NCBI GenBank assembly: GCA_012965905.1
Contig: DTRN01000059.1
Span: 1 to 38,198 of the forward strand
Source of the DNA: Nitrospirales bacterium
GTDB lineage: Bacteria > Nitrospirota > Nitrospiria > Nitrospirales > UBA2166
Length of the DNA stretch: 38,198 nucleotides
Direction of reading: 5' to 3'
Shown: piece by piece, positions 1 through 7,386 of the stretch
Layout: each line of letters starts with the position of its first letter
Numbering within the stretch: position 1 is the first letter of the stretch
The notes under the pieces: generated by a model
What the model saw: the letters and a program-made list of their open reading frames with translations, nothing else
What the model was told of the DNA's origin: nothing
Database searches by the model: none
Program-made: the position numbers and the translations under genes

Positions 1-117
1 ACGAAAGTGACGTTCGATCGTATTCGCAAACAGCTTGTGATCTCTACGCCACGCGAGTAGGCGTCATCGCAACTCCGTTTCTGCGCATTTTGACAACAAT
101 TCTTGCCGACTTCTACA

Positions 118-1422
118 ATGGAGTCACACGAGCGACCTATGTCACTTCACAACGAAGATCAGCCGATTCAACGGCGGAGGCGGCCATCGTCTCTCTGGAT
201 TGTTGGGGTTTTCTGTCTCCTCCTGGTTGGAATAGGGTATGGCTATTTGATAACCGTGCAAGATCCCCAGCTCCGATTTAAAACGGCTATGGTGGAACAG
301 GGGACCATTGCGCGGGTAGTGACCGCGACAGGAACGGTCGAACCGGTTCTTAGCGTCGAGGTCGGGAGCGAGGTTTCCGGGACCATCCAGAGCCTGCAGG
401 CAGATTTTAATTCGATCGTCAACGCGGGAGACGTGATCGCCAGCATTGATCCAGAACCATTTCAGGCAAGACTTGAGCAGGAGCAAGCGAGATTGCTGAG
501 TGCGAAAGCACGCTTAGCCCAAGCCGACGCCGAGTTATCACTCAAAAACAGAGATTTAATGCGTGCGAAAGCGCTTCTTGAGCAGGGCTTCATTTCACAG
601 GCCGACTTGGATGTGGCACAGACTGAATATCAGAGTGCTGTCGCACAAGTCGATCTGAATCGGGCGTTGGTAAACCAGGCCACCGCGGCTGTCGATGTCG
701 CACAATTTGACCTCAATCATACGGTCATCTATTCACCCGTCGATGGGACGGTGATTGATCGCAAGATCAACGCCGGTCAGACTGTGGCCGCAAGCTTTCA
801 GACTCCTGCATTATTCGTCATTGCAGCGGATCTCACGCGTATGCGCGTGATCGCACATGTGGGTGAGGCGGATATCGCAGACGTTGGACAAGAACAGCCG
901 GCTACCTTTCAGGTTGATGCGTATCCCGATCGGGAATTCAGCGGTCGCGTGACGCAAGTTAGGATTGCATCGAAGGCGGAAGACACGGTGGTGACCTATG
1001 ACGTTGCCATTGATGTTGAGAACCCCGAGCTTCTCCTCAAGCCCGGCATGACCGCTGATGTGGCTATAGTGGTGGAGTCGGTCAGCAAGACGTTGATTAT
1101 TCCGAATGTTGCCCTGCGATTTTCACCTCCTGCCGCATCGTCAACGGAAACGCAGACTCACGATGAAGCCATTGCCGAAACGGGAGGTGAGGAGACGCAC
1201 TCCGATGCAAGCGGATCCAAATCACCGGCTCACCGATCGAGTGTCTGGATACTTAGCGCGGATGGAACACCGAGAAAGATAATGATGAGTGTCGGCCTGA
1301 CAGATGATCGATTTTCAGAAATCAAGGATGGTTCGCTTAAACTGGGGGATCTGGTTCTCGTTGGCGTTGACCGTTCGGGTGAAGAAGAAAGTAGCAAGAA
1401 GCTGCCCCCATGGTTTCGGTAG
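118..1422 (+). CDS. HlyD-family periplasmic adaptor (membrane-fusion protein) of a MacAB-like ABC efflux system
   Basis: ORF 103..1422 (TTG at 103, first ATG at 118). Basic RRRRPSS stretch followed by one TM helix (LWIVGVFCLLLVGIGYGYL). Long coiled-coil hairpin (ARLEQEQARLLSAKARLAQADAEL ... LNRALVNQATAAVDVAQFDL). Beta-barrel/lipoyl-type segment IYSPVDGTVIDRKINAGQTV. Followed directly by ABC ATPase and FtsX-type permease genes. Confidence 0.85.
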   Translation: MESHERPMSLHNEDQPIQRRRRPSSLWIVGVFCLLLVGIGYGYLITVQDPQLRFKTAMVEQGTIARVVTATGTVEPVLSVEVGSEVSGTIQSLQADFNSIVNAGDVIASIDPEPFQARLEQEQARLLSAKARLAQADAELSLKNRDLMRAKALLEQGFISQADLDVAQTEYQSAVAQVDLNRALVNQATAAVDVAQFDLNHTVIYSPVDGTVIDRKINAGQTVAASFQTPALFVIAADLTRMRVIAHVGEADIADVGQEQPATFQVDAYPDREFSGRVTQVRIASKAEDTVVTYDVAIDVENPELLLKPGMTADVAIVVESVSKTLIIPNVALRFSPPAASSTETQTHDEAIAETGGEETHSDASGSKSPAHRSSVWILSADGTPRKIMMSVGLTDDRFSEIKDGSLKLGDLVLVGVDRSGEEESSKKLPPWFR

Positions 1423-1573
1423 ATTGAAGGTAACTACTCAGGTCACTCCCCTTTTGCCGCATGCCGGCCTTGCTGTGGTGCTCGAATCCTCACGTATGTC
1501 CATATATGCTCCGGTTCTGCGCTCCTCGCGCTTTGCCCCCTGGGCCAAAATAGAAGCAACCTGAGTAGTTAGG

Positions 1574-2272
1574 ATGGAAGCTCAAATCGTCTGTCAGGGC
1601 CTGTGGAAAACATATCAACTTGATCACGGTGAAGTTCACGCGCTCTCCGATGTGTCGTTACAGGTCGAATCTGGTGAGTTTGTCGTAATTCAAGGGGCAT
1701 CAGGGTCAGGAAAATCATCCCTCCTCAATATCGTAAGCTGTCTTGATACGCCGACCAAGGGCACCTATTCCCTTGAGGGAGTGGAGGTCCGTGGGCATTC
1801 TGCTGACGAACTCGCTGAAATTCGAAACCGCCGAATCGGCTTTATTTTTCAGAACTTTAACCTGCTTCCACGAACCAGCAGTCTCGAAAACATCCAGCTC
1901 CCGCTTCTCTACGCCGGGCTTCCATCTCAGGAGCAGGAATGTCGCGCAATCGACGCGCTCGAGCGAGTCGGCTTGAGCGGGCGAGACAAGCACTCCCCGT
2001 CCCAGCTTTCGGGTGGACAACAACAACGCGTGGCGATCGCGCGTGCCCTGGTCATGAATCCTTCCATTATTCTGGCAGACGAGCCAACGGGGAACCTTGA
2101 TAGCAAATCGGGGATCGAGATCGTGGAACTCTTGCAACGTCTCAATGAAGAAGGGATCACTATCATTCTTGTGACGCACGAACGGGACATCGCCGCATGT
2201 GCGAAACGGCAAATTTCGATGAAGGATGGGAAAATCCAAGCCGATACGACAATAGTGGGTGTTTCTGCATAA
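1574..2272 (+). CDS. ABC transporter ATP-binding protein (MacB/LolD-type ATPase subunit)
   Basis: Walker A GASGSGKSS, Q-loop FIFQNFNLL, ABC signature LSGGQQQRVAIARAL, Walker B IILADEPTGNLD, H-loop VTHE. 232 aa, typical of a stand-alone MacB-class NBD. Confidence 0.95.
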   Translation: MEAQIVCQGLWKTYQLDHGEVHALSDVSLQVESGEFVVIQGASGSGKSSLLNIVSCLDTPTKGTYSLEGVEVRGHSADELAEIRNRRIGFIFQNFNLLPRTSSLENIQLPLLYAGLPSQEQECRAIDALERVGLSGRDKHSPSQLSGGQQQRVAIARALVMNPSIILADEPTGNLDSKSGIEIVELLQRLNEEGITIILVTHERDIAACAKRQISMKDGKIQADTTIVGVSA

Positions 2273-2274
2273 AC

Positions 2275-3469
2275 ATGTTTCGAATGATGTTCATCATGGC
2301 CTTGCGGGTTTTAGTCCGCCACCGCCTTCGGGCGGGGTTGACGATGCTTGGCGTCATTATTGGGGTTGGCTCGGTGATAGCGATGGTGAGCATCGGACAG
2401 GGAGCCGCCGCGCTCATGCAAGACCGAATATCCAGTCTAGGGTCAAATGTCATCATGATCTTCCGTGGGCACGCGAAGGTACGAGGGGTTCGAAAGGTGC
2501 GACCAACGATTACAGTGAGTGATGCGGAAGCGATACTTCGTGATGTTCCCAGCCTTAGTGCTGTCGCCTACACCAAGCGGGGGGAAAAACTGGTCGACCC
2601 GTGTCGCTGGCGTGACTCCGTCGTACCTCGAAGTACGTGACTGGCCGCTGGTGAGGGGGTCGCCTCTGACCACAAAAGATTTGGAGTCGGCGGCAAAGGT
2701 GGCGGTGTTGGGTCACACGGTGGTGAAAAATCTTTTTGATCCAGGGGTCGATCCGGTGGGTGCAATCCTGCGGCTCAACAAGGTCCCGTTCACTGTGATT
2801 GGTGTGCTTGCTCCGAAGGGCAGTTCCGCATGGGGAAACGATCAGGATGATCGGATCTTGATCCCGTTCACCACCGCGGAGCGAAAAGTCTTGGGAACCA
2901 AGCAGATGGGGACCGTTGGAGCCATATTCGTATCGGCCAAGCAGTATGATCAGTTGCCACAGGCGGTGAAGTCGGTCACCGCTGTTCTAAGAAAAGAGCA
3001 TCATCTCGAAGACGGTGAAGACGATGATTTCTATATTCGGACGCAGATGGATATTGCCGAAACGCGTCAGGAATCCGCTGATGCGATGATGTTCTTATTG
3101 TTTGCCGTCGCGTCAATTTCTCTGTTGGTCGGGGGTATCGGGATAATGAACACGCTGTTGGTTTCAGTCACCGAACGGACGAGAGAGATCGGCATTCGTA
3201 TGGCCGTCGGAGCCAAGCGATGTCAGATTATGTCCCAGTTTCTCGTTGAATCAGTCGTCCTAAGCCTAGTGGGTGGCGTGATCGGAATCGGAGTAGGCGT
3301 TGCCGCCGCCAAACTTACCACCGCATTGGCTGGATGGCCGACCATTATTTCTCCTGTGTTTTTAGTTCTTGCCTTCGTCTTTTCCGCATCCGTCGGGGTG
3401 GTGTTCGGACTCTATCCAGCGCACAAAGCCTCGCGGTTAAACCCTATCGACGCCCTGCGATATGAGTAG
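2275..3469 (+). pseudogene. MacB/FtsX-family ABC permease, interrupted by a +1 frameshift near 2579-2589
   Basis: ATG at 2275, 3 nt after the ATPase stop. The N-terminal part (MFRMMFIMALRVLVRHRLRAGLTMLGVIIGVGSVIAMV...SAVAYTKRGEK) is in frame 1 and stops at 2640. The continuation (KNWSTRVAGVTPSYLEVRDWPLVRG ... FtsX domain ERTREIGIRMAVGAKR ... YPAHKASRLNPIDALRYE) is in frame 2, ending at 3469. The switch maps to the run GGGGGGAAAAA. Removing one G or one A gives a continuous ...AVAYTKRGKNWSTRVAGVTP... protein. Confidence 0.75.
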
Positions 3470-3553
3470 ACCCTACAGTTGCCCATCTGCGGCGAGCCGG
3501 TGAACTTCATTAATCCGTTTGGACTCGACACGATCACGCCCTAAGAGGCCTCC

Positions 3554-3847
3554 TCATGGAATGCCGAGTGTGTCGTCGAGAAACGCGATCACATCGCTCC
3601 AGTATGGATCTCTGACTTCGAAGAACAACCGGTGCCCATCACCAATAATGGCATCCTCTGTGATGTCATTGACTCTCACAAGATGGTGACTGCCACTTGT
3701 TGTCGTAATCTCGACAGTATCGCCCACGTTCAGGGTACTCTCGATGCTCAAGGGGTGCGGATCGATGGGTATCTTCGTCGCGCAGCCCACGGAAAACACA
3801 AGGATCACCATCCCGATACCGAATTGCCTCCATAGCTCTGCCCTCAT
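3554..3847 (-). CDS. small putative lipoprotein, unknown function
   Basis: Internal ATG at 3847 of ORF 3554..4021 gives MRAELWRQFGIGMVILVFSVGC-ATK (signal-like helix plus lipobox-like VFSVGC). The 58 codons upstream look non-coding (Arg/Ser/Gly-rich). No family recognised. Confidence 0.45.
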   Translation of the reverse strand: MRAELWRQFGIGMVILVFSVGCATKIPIDPHPLSIESTLNVGDTVEITTTSGSHHLVRVNDITEDAIIGDGHRLFFEVRDPYWSDVIAFLDDTLGIP

Positions 3848-4140
3848 CACATGCCTACTCTTGGTGATGATCCGCATCGGGTAGGCTGACGGGATCGCGC
3901 ATTTCACCGTTCCAGCGTTACTTCGACGATTTCCTGCGCGGCAACTTCCGCGTAATTCCCTGCCGTTCCAATCTTTCAGGTGGTCTTCAAGGACCTTCTG
4001 GATGTAGTCATTCATGGGCATGCGCTACGGGCATCACGATATCGATAGCCTCGATCAGGGTGGTGCTGTCACACTTCTGTCACATTTGGAAGCCGCAGAC
4101 CGCTTAGAGCAGTACGAGGGAGCGTAAGTTGTTGAATTCA

Positions 4141-4188
4141 TTGGTGGCGGTGGATGGTTTCGAACCCCCGGCCAGCGGTTTATGAGTA
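4141..4188 (-). repeat. Partial copy of the 3' half of tRNA-Met(CAT), from the CCA end to the anticodon; distal att-type direct repeat of the island
   Basis: ttggtggcggtggaTggtttcgaacccccggccAgcggTttatgagt at 4141-4188 matches 16221-16268 (ttggtggcggtggaGggtttcgaacccccggccCgcggCttatgagt) at 45/48 positions in the same orientation. Weaker similarity (GCGTAA...GTTGAA) continues about 20 nt to the left of both copies. There is no 5' half, so this is not a functional tRNA. Confidence 0.8.
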
Positions 4189-4399
4189 GATTTGAATGGA
4201 ATTTTATAACCCATTGATTTGAGGATGGTATCTCGCTTTATCTTCCCGCTCAGTGGATTATACGCATTGTATAGATCACATCTATTGCTATATTTCATAT
4301 CCTTTCAGACATTTTCTGTTACAGGTTTGTCGCAGTCAACTACGTAAGAGCGACGCAAGCCTGCTTGTCGCTGGCTGGAGAAATGTCCCCCTGATGCAA

Positions 4400-6544
4400 C
4401 TAGATTCCATCCTTGGAATCTCTGAGCACTTTCGCGTCCTTTTTCTCGAGGGCTTTAGGAAAGGCAAGCAGAGCATTCGGATGGCGTTCAGCAATATTCC
4501 CAACGTGGTAGTTATGGCATGATATACACATGTCTCCAGCTTTTTCGGCCACATGACAAGTCACACAAAGGGACTTCTCTATATGGTTAAAGCTGCTTGC
4601 GAAGGTTTGAGGGTCGTTGTCTTCGTACCCTGCCATCACATCTGCTTCTGAATTCAGAACATGACAAGCGTAACAGCCCCTGTCCCTAACAAGGCTCAAG
4701 TGTGGCGAATGGACGAAGGTCGTGAACTTCTGCACATTTGGCACCGGCTGTGCTGTGTGCCACTTCACTTGGGCTTTTTCCGCTCGACTATCCACACTGT
4801 GGCATTTCATACAGACCCCTGGCGCTTTAGCGCCTGAGAGCGTCGAAAATATCTCGTTCACGACATCCGAAGTAGCTGGCTGCTCTGCCAAAGGCGAGAG
4901 ATCGATCCAGCCACGAATGAACTCATCGGCATGACCGGTCGGACGGAACAGGATGGAAAAGTCCGCATCCTGTCGATACCACCCACCCATCTTGACCCAC
5001 CGTTCGCGATCTTGATCTTTACCCATATTTAGATCTAGCTCTTGCATATCAGACATAGGTACCATTGCATGGGCTCTGTGACTTAGCACTTCGGTCGATA
5101 ATTTTGGCAACCATTCTTGCTGCGCTGCTTGGATAACCTCAATGGGAATATGTCCTGTCAAATTCCCGAGTTTGCTATTGCTGTATGGCTCATTCGCTAT
5201 CTTGCTGAGCCGCGAAACGTAAGCTTCTTGTCCTTTAGAGACCATATCGTAGAACAGCCCCTTTATCGCCCATATAATCTGAGCGATAGCGGCAAGTTCT
5301 TCCTCGGTGGCATCTGATAAATCGGTGAATTCGTCAAAGTCACCGACCGTTTCCAGGTAGTCAACGATAGTCCCATCGGTGTACAATAGAAGCTTCATGA
5401 AGGGGGTCAGGCCTTGTTCGACATTGTAGTCAGCGGGCCATTCTCCGACCGAGATCCCTTGCTCTGTTAGTACGTCAACATCCAATCCTGGAAGTCTGAA
5501 AAAAGGGATGCCTCGTGCCCCTGCCAGACCCTCTCCCTCAATCTGGTGTACATGGCATGCAGCACATGTCGCATCAAATGATCCCACCCGCATGGTTTCG
5601 CCAAGCTGATCCATCATATGGCAGGCCGTGCAAGTGGTCGGGGCCTCATCCTTGAAATCGCCAAGAAAGTGCTTCGCGAGATGGGAATTATGATCAAAGG
5701 CTATTTGCGTACGGCGCTCAGTGGGATAGCTGGAAAACTGTGGATGCCCCTTCGTCAAACTCGAAAACTTTATGATGTGGCAAGTTTGGCAACGCTGGTT
5801 ATCCATAGTCATCAGTTTGAAGTCTCTACCATGATGTTCTGAGTGACACCTTGCGCAAGGCACCTCGCTACCTTCCGTGTACAAGGTCCCTGGAAGCCAG
5901 TCTGATGATGCTAATAAAACCGGGGTCTTCTCAGAGAACGGAGCCTCTTTCAAGCGTTCTGTGATCGAGGTCAAGGCTTCAGTGGACCGACCATGAGCCT
6001 GCAATGGCTGCTCTCCAACTTGATGGCAGCTCAGGCAAAGTTTGCTTCCTTTAGCCTTCGACTCTGAAGCATAGATCGATGCCACCCAACTGATTGGTCC
6101 TTCGTGGGCCGCAGCATGACAAGAGGCACAGTCCTTACCTATAGCACCGTGATTTATGGATAGCTCACCTGGGGAAAAAAACTCTTGCGCATCTGAACCG
6201 AAGAGGACAAGGAGTGATGCCCCAATTGTGAAAGCAACCGTCCAGACCGTGGCAATTCCTCGCTTGGCTCGAAGACTCCTGCTGGGCTGACACTTGGGTA
6301 TGTGTACGGAGCAGGTACCATTCGGAAGGGGGCCCTGGGTACATTTCCCCTTGCGGTCGGAAGAGCGGGTACAAGACCACCGATCGCCATCCTTTAGTGG
6401 GAGGCATTCTGTGGTCGCCAGACATTGCCCGTTCTTGTCAGGGCCAATGTGACAAGCCCAACCCTCGGCAGCCCATCCACAAACCCAGTTCTGGGTTGGT
6501 CGTTCATATTGACTGTTCTTGAATCCATAATCCTGTAACTTCAT
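4400..6544 (-). CDS. membrane-anchored decahaem c-type cytochrome with a Cys-rich N-terminal module
   Basis: Ten CXXCH motifs: CASCH, CLSCH, CARCH, CQTCH, CTACH, CAACH, CMKCH, CYACH, CVTCH, CISCH. There is a haem-free insert of about 200 aa between haems 6 and 7. The N-terminal 85 aa carry 8 Cys, followed by RSLRAKRG and one TM helix (IATVWTVAFTIGASLLVLFG). The ATG lies 2 nt after the stop of the upstream gene. Confidence 0.9.
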   Translation of the reverse strand: MKLQDYGFKNSQYERPTQNWVCGWAAEGWACHIGPDKNGQCLATTECLPLKDGDRWSCTRSSDRKGKCTQGPLPNGTCSVHIPKCQPSRSLRAKRGIATVWTVAFTIGASLLVLFGSDAQEFFSPGELSINHGAIGKDCASCHAAAHEGPISWVASIYASESKAKGSKLCLSCHQVGEQPLQAHGRSTEALTSITERLKEAPFSEKTPVLLASSDWLPGTLYTEGSEVPCARCHSEHHGRDFKLMTMDNQRCQTCHIIKFSSLTKGHPQFSSYPTERRTQIAFDHNSHLAKHFLGDFKDEAPTTCTACHMMDQLGETMRVGSFDATCAACHVHQIEGEGLAGARGIPFFRLPGLDVDVLTEQGISVGEWPADYNVEQGLTPFMKLLLYTDGTIVDYLETVGDFDEFTDLSDATEEELAAIAQIIWAIKGLFYDMVSKGQEAYVSRLSKIANEPYSNSKLGNLTGHIPIEVIQAAQQEWLPKLSTEVLSHRAHAMVPMSDMQELDLNMGKDQDRERWVKMGGWYRQDADFSILFRPTGHADEFIRGWIDLSPLAEQPATSDVVNEIFSTLSGAKAPGVCMKCHSVDSRAEKAQVKWHTAQPVPNVQKFTTFVHSPHLSLVRDRGCYACHVLNSEADVMAGYEDNDPQTFASSFNHIEKSLCVTCHVAEKAGDMCISCHNYHVGNIAERHPNALLAFPKALEKKDAKVLRDSKDGI

Positions 6545-6546
6545 GG

Positions 6547-7386
6547 TTAGGAACTACTCTCCCTGTACGCCGACGCGAGAGCTCCGTGAATCAGTGAGAG
6601 GATTAAAAGGCTGTAGCTCAGGGGAATGTGGATAAAGAGCCAATATTTGAGCACCAGCTGGTGCGCATTGTGATAATCCAGGTCATCTTTGGCCAAAATA
6701 AGAGTTCCAATTTCTTGAGCAATTTTCCGTTCGCTCTCATTGAAATAGCGATCTTGCGATTGCAGTTTGGTCAACAATTCATCACGAGGGCGATGAGACC
6801 CTATCAGATGCCAGAAAAAATTCTTGGGTCCTTCCAAAAAAGGTATCACCTGATTTGTCAAGACACGTCGGCTGGAGAAATCGGCAATCGTTGTGGAACC
6901 CATCTCCGCAGCTGAGCGCACGAGAAGGTCTTCGACGTCCTCACGAAGATGCTTTCGCATCGCTGGAATTCTCTCAAAAATGACCTCTCTACCCCTCATT
7001 GCAAGTCGCCGTGAATACCATCTCGTCAATCCAATTCCTGTAATTCCGCTCCCAGCAACCACCACGTAAAGCAGCGCGAGCGTTCCCTCAATCCAACCAT
7101 TGGGGACATGCAGCCCAATATGAATAGCGAACAGGACAAGAGTGAGATATCCTATGTAAATATGAAATTGCAACCAGCTGGATGAAGTTCCTAAGGGCAG
7201 GAAAGGCAACTTTTTTCGGACATTGTAGCTAGCCAAAGCCAACAGGACAAAGAATAGAAGCCAGCCAGAGAAGAACACCGTGCGATACAGGGTTACAGAG
7301 TAGGCGAAGTGGATTCCGACGATCAGAATAGAAAGAGCACCGCAGATGACAAGATTGCGCCATCGGCGAGATGCAAAGGAGGTCAC
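6547..7386 (-). CDS. 5-TM integral membrane protein with two H-x13-H helices (putative dihaem cytochrome b-like electron-transfer subunit)
   Basis: ORF 6547..7494. The likely start is the GTG at 7386, which overlaps the upstream stop (TAGTG). An ATG at 7455 is an alternative start. Hydrophobic helices: LVICGALSILIVGIHFAY, FFSGWLLFFVLLALASY, WLQFHIYIGYLTLVLFAIHIGLH, GTLALLYVVVAGSGITGIGL and, after a soluble loop of about 130 aa, YWLFIHIPLSYSLLILSLIHGAL. TM3 and TM5 each have two His separated by exactly 13 residues. Confidence 0.8.
   Translation of the reverse strand: MTSFASRRWRNLVICGALSILIVGIHFAYSVTLYRTVFFSGWLLFFVLLALASYNVRKKLPFLPLGTSSSWLQFHIYIGYLTLVLFAIHIGLHVPNGWIEGTLALLYVVVAGSGITGIGLTRWYSRRLAMRGREVIFERIPAMRKHLREDVEDLLVRSAAEMGSTTIADFSSRRVLTNQVIPFLEGPKNFFWHLIGSHRPRDELLTKLQSQDRYFNESERKIAQEIGTLILAKDDLDYHNAHQLVLKYWLFIHIPLSYSLLILSLIHGALASAYRESSS

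Noticed and set aside
1-60. Open frame running off the left edge (…TKVTFDRIRKQLVISTPRE-stop)
   Set aside because: Only 19 codons are visible, which is too short to call a gene or a family.
1304-1564. 86-aa ORF bridging the HlyD gene end and the 150-nt spacer before the ATPase
   Set aside because: It overlaps the HlyD gene out of frame and has no motifs. The spacer more likely holds regulatory sequence, but I could not identify any.
1715-2456. Several minus-strand ORFs (1715..2239, 1927..2190, 2163..2456)
   Set aside because: They are antisense to the ABC ATPase and permease genes, whose Walker and signature motifs fix the coding strand.
3848-4021. N-terminal 58-codon extension of ORF 3554..4021
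   Set aside because: The extension is Arg/Ser/Gly-rich with no features. The internal ATG at 3847 gives a clean signal peptide and lipobox, so the shorter gene model is preferred.
4141-4188. Partial tRNA copy interpreted as a tRNA pseudogene from gene duplication
   Set aside because: Only the 3' half is present. It is in direct orientation with the intact gene 12 kb away, and an integrase remnant sits at the tRNA-proximal end. The att-site explanation fits better.
4104-4298. 64-aa ORF on the minus strand
   Set aside because: It spans the tRNA-Met 3'-half repeat, which is explained better as an att-site remnant. It also has no RBS and no coding features.
4349-4372. Imperfect hairpin (GCGACGCAAG/CTTGTCGC) downstream of the decahaem gene as a rho-independent terminator
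   Set aside because: The stem is short and bulged, and it is not followed by a U-tract on the transcribed (minus) strand.
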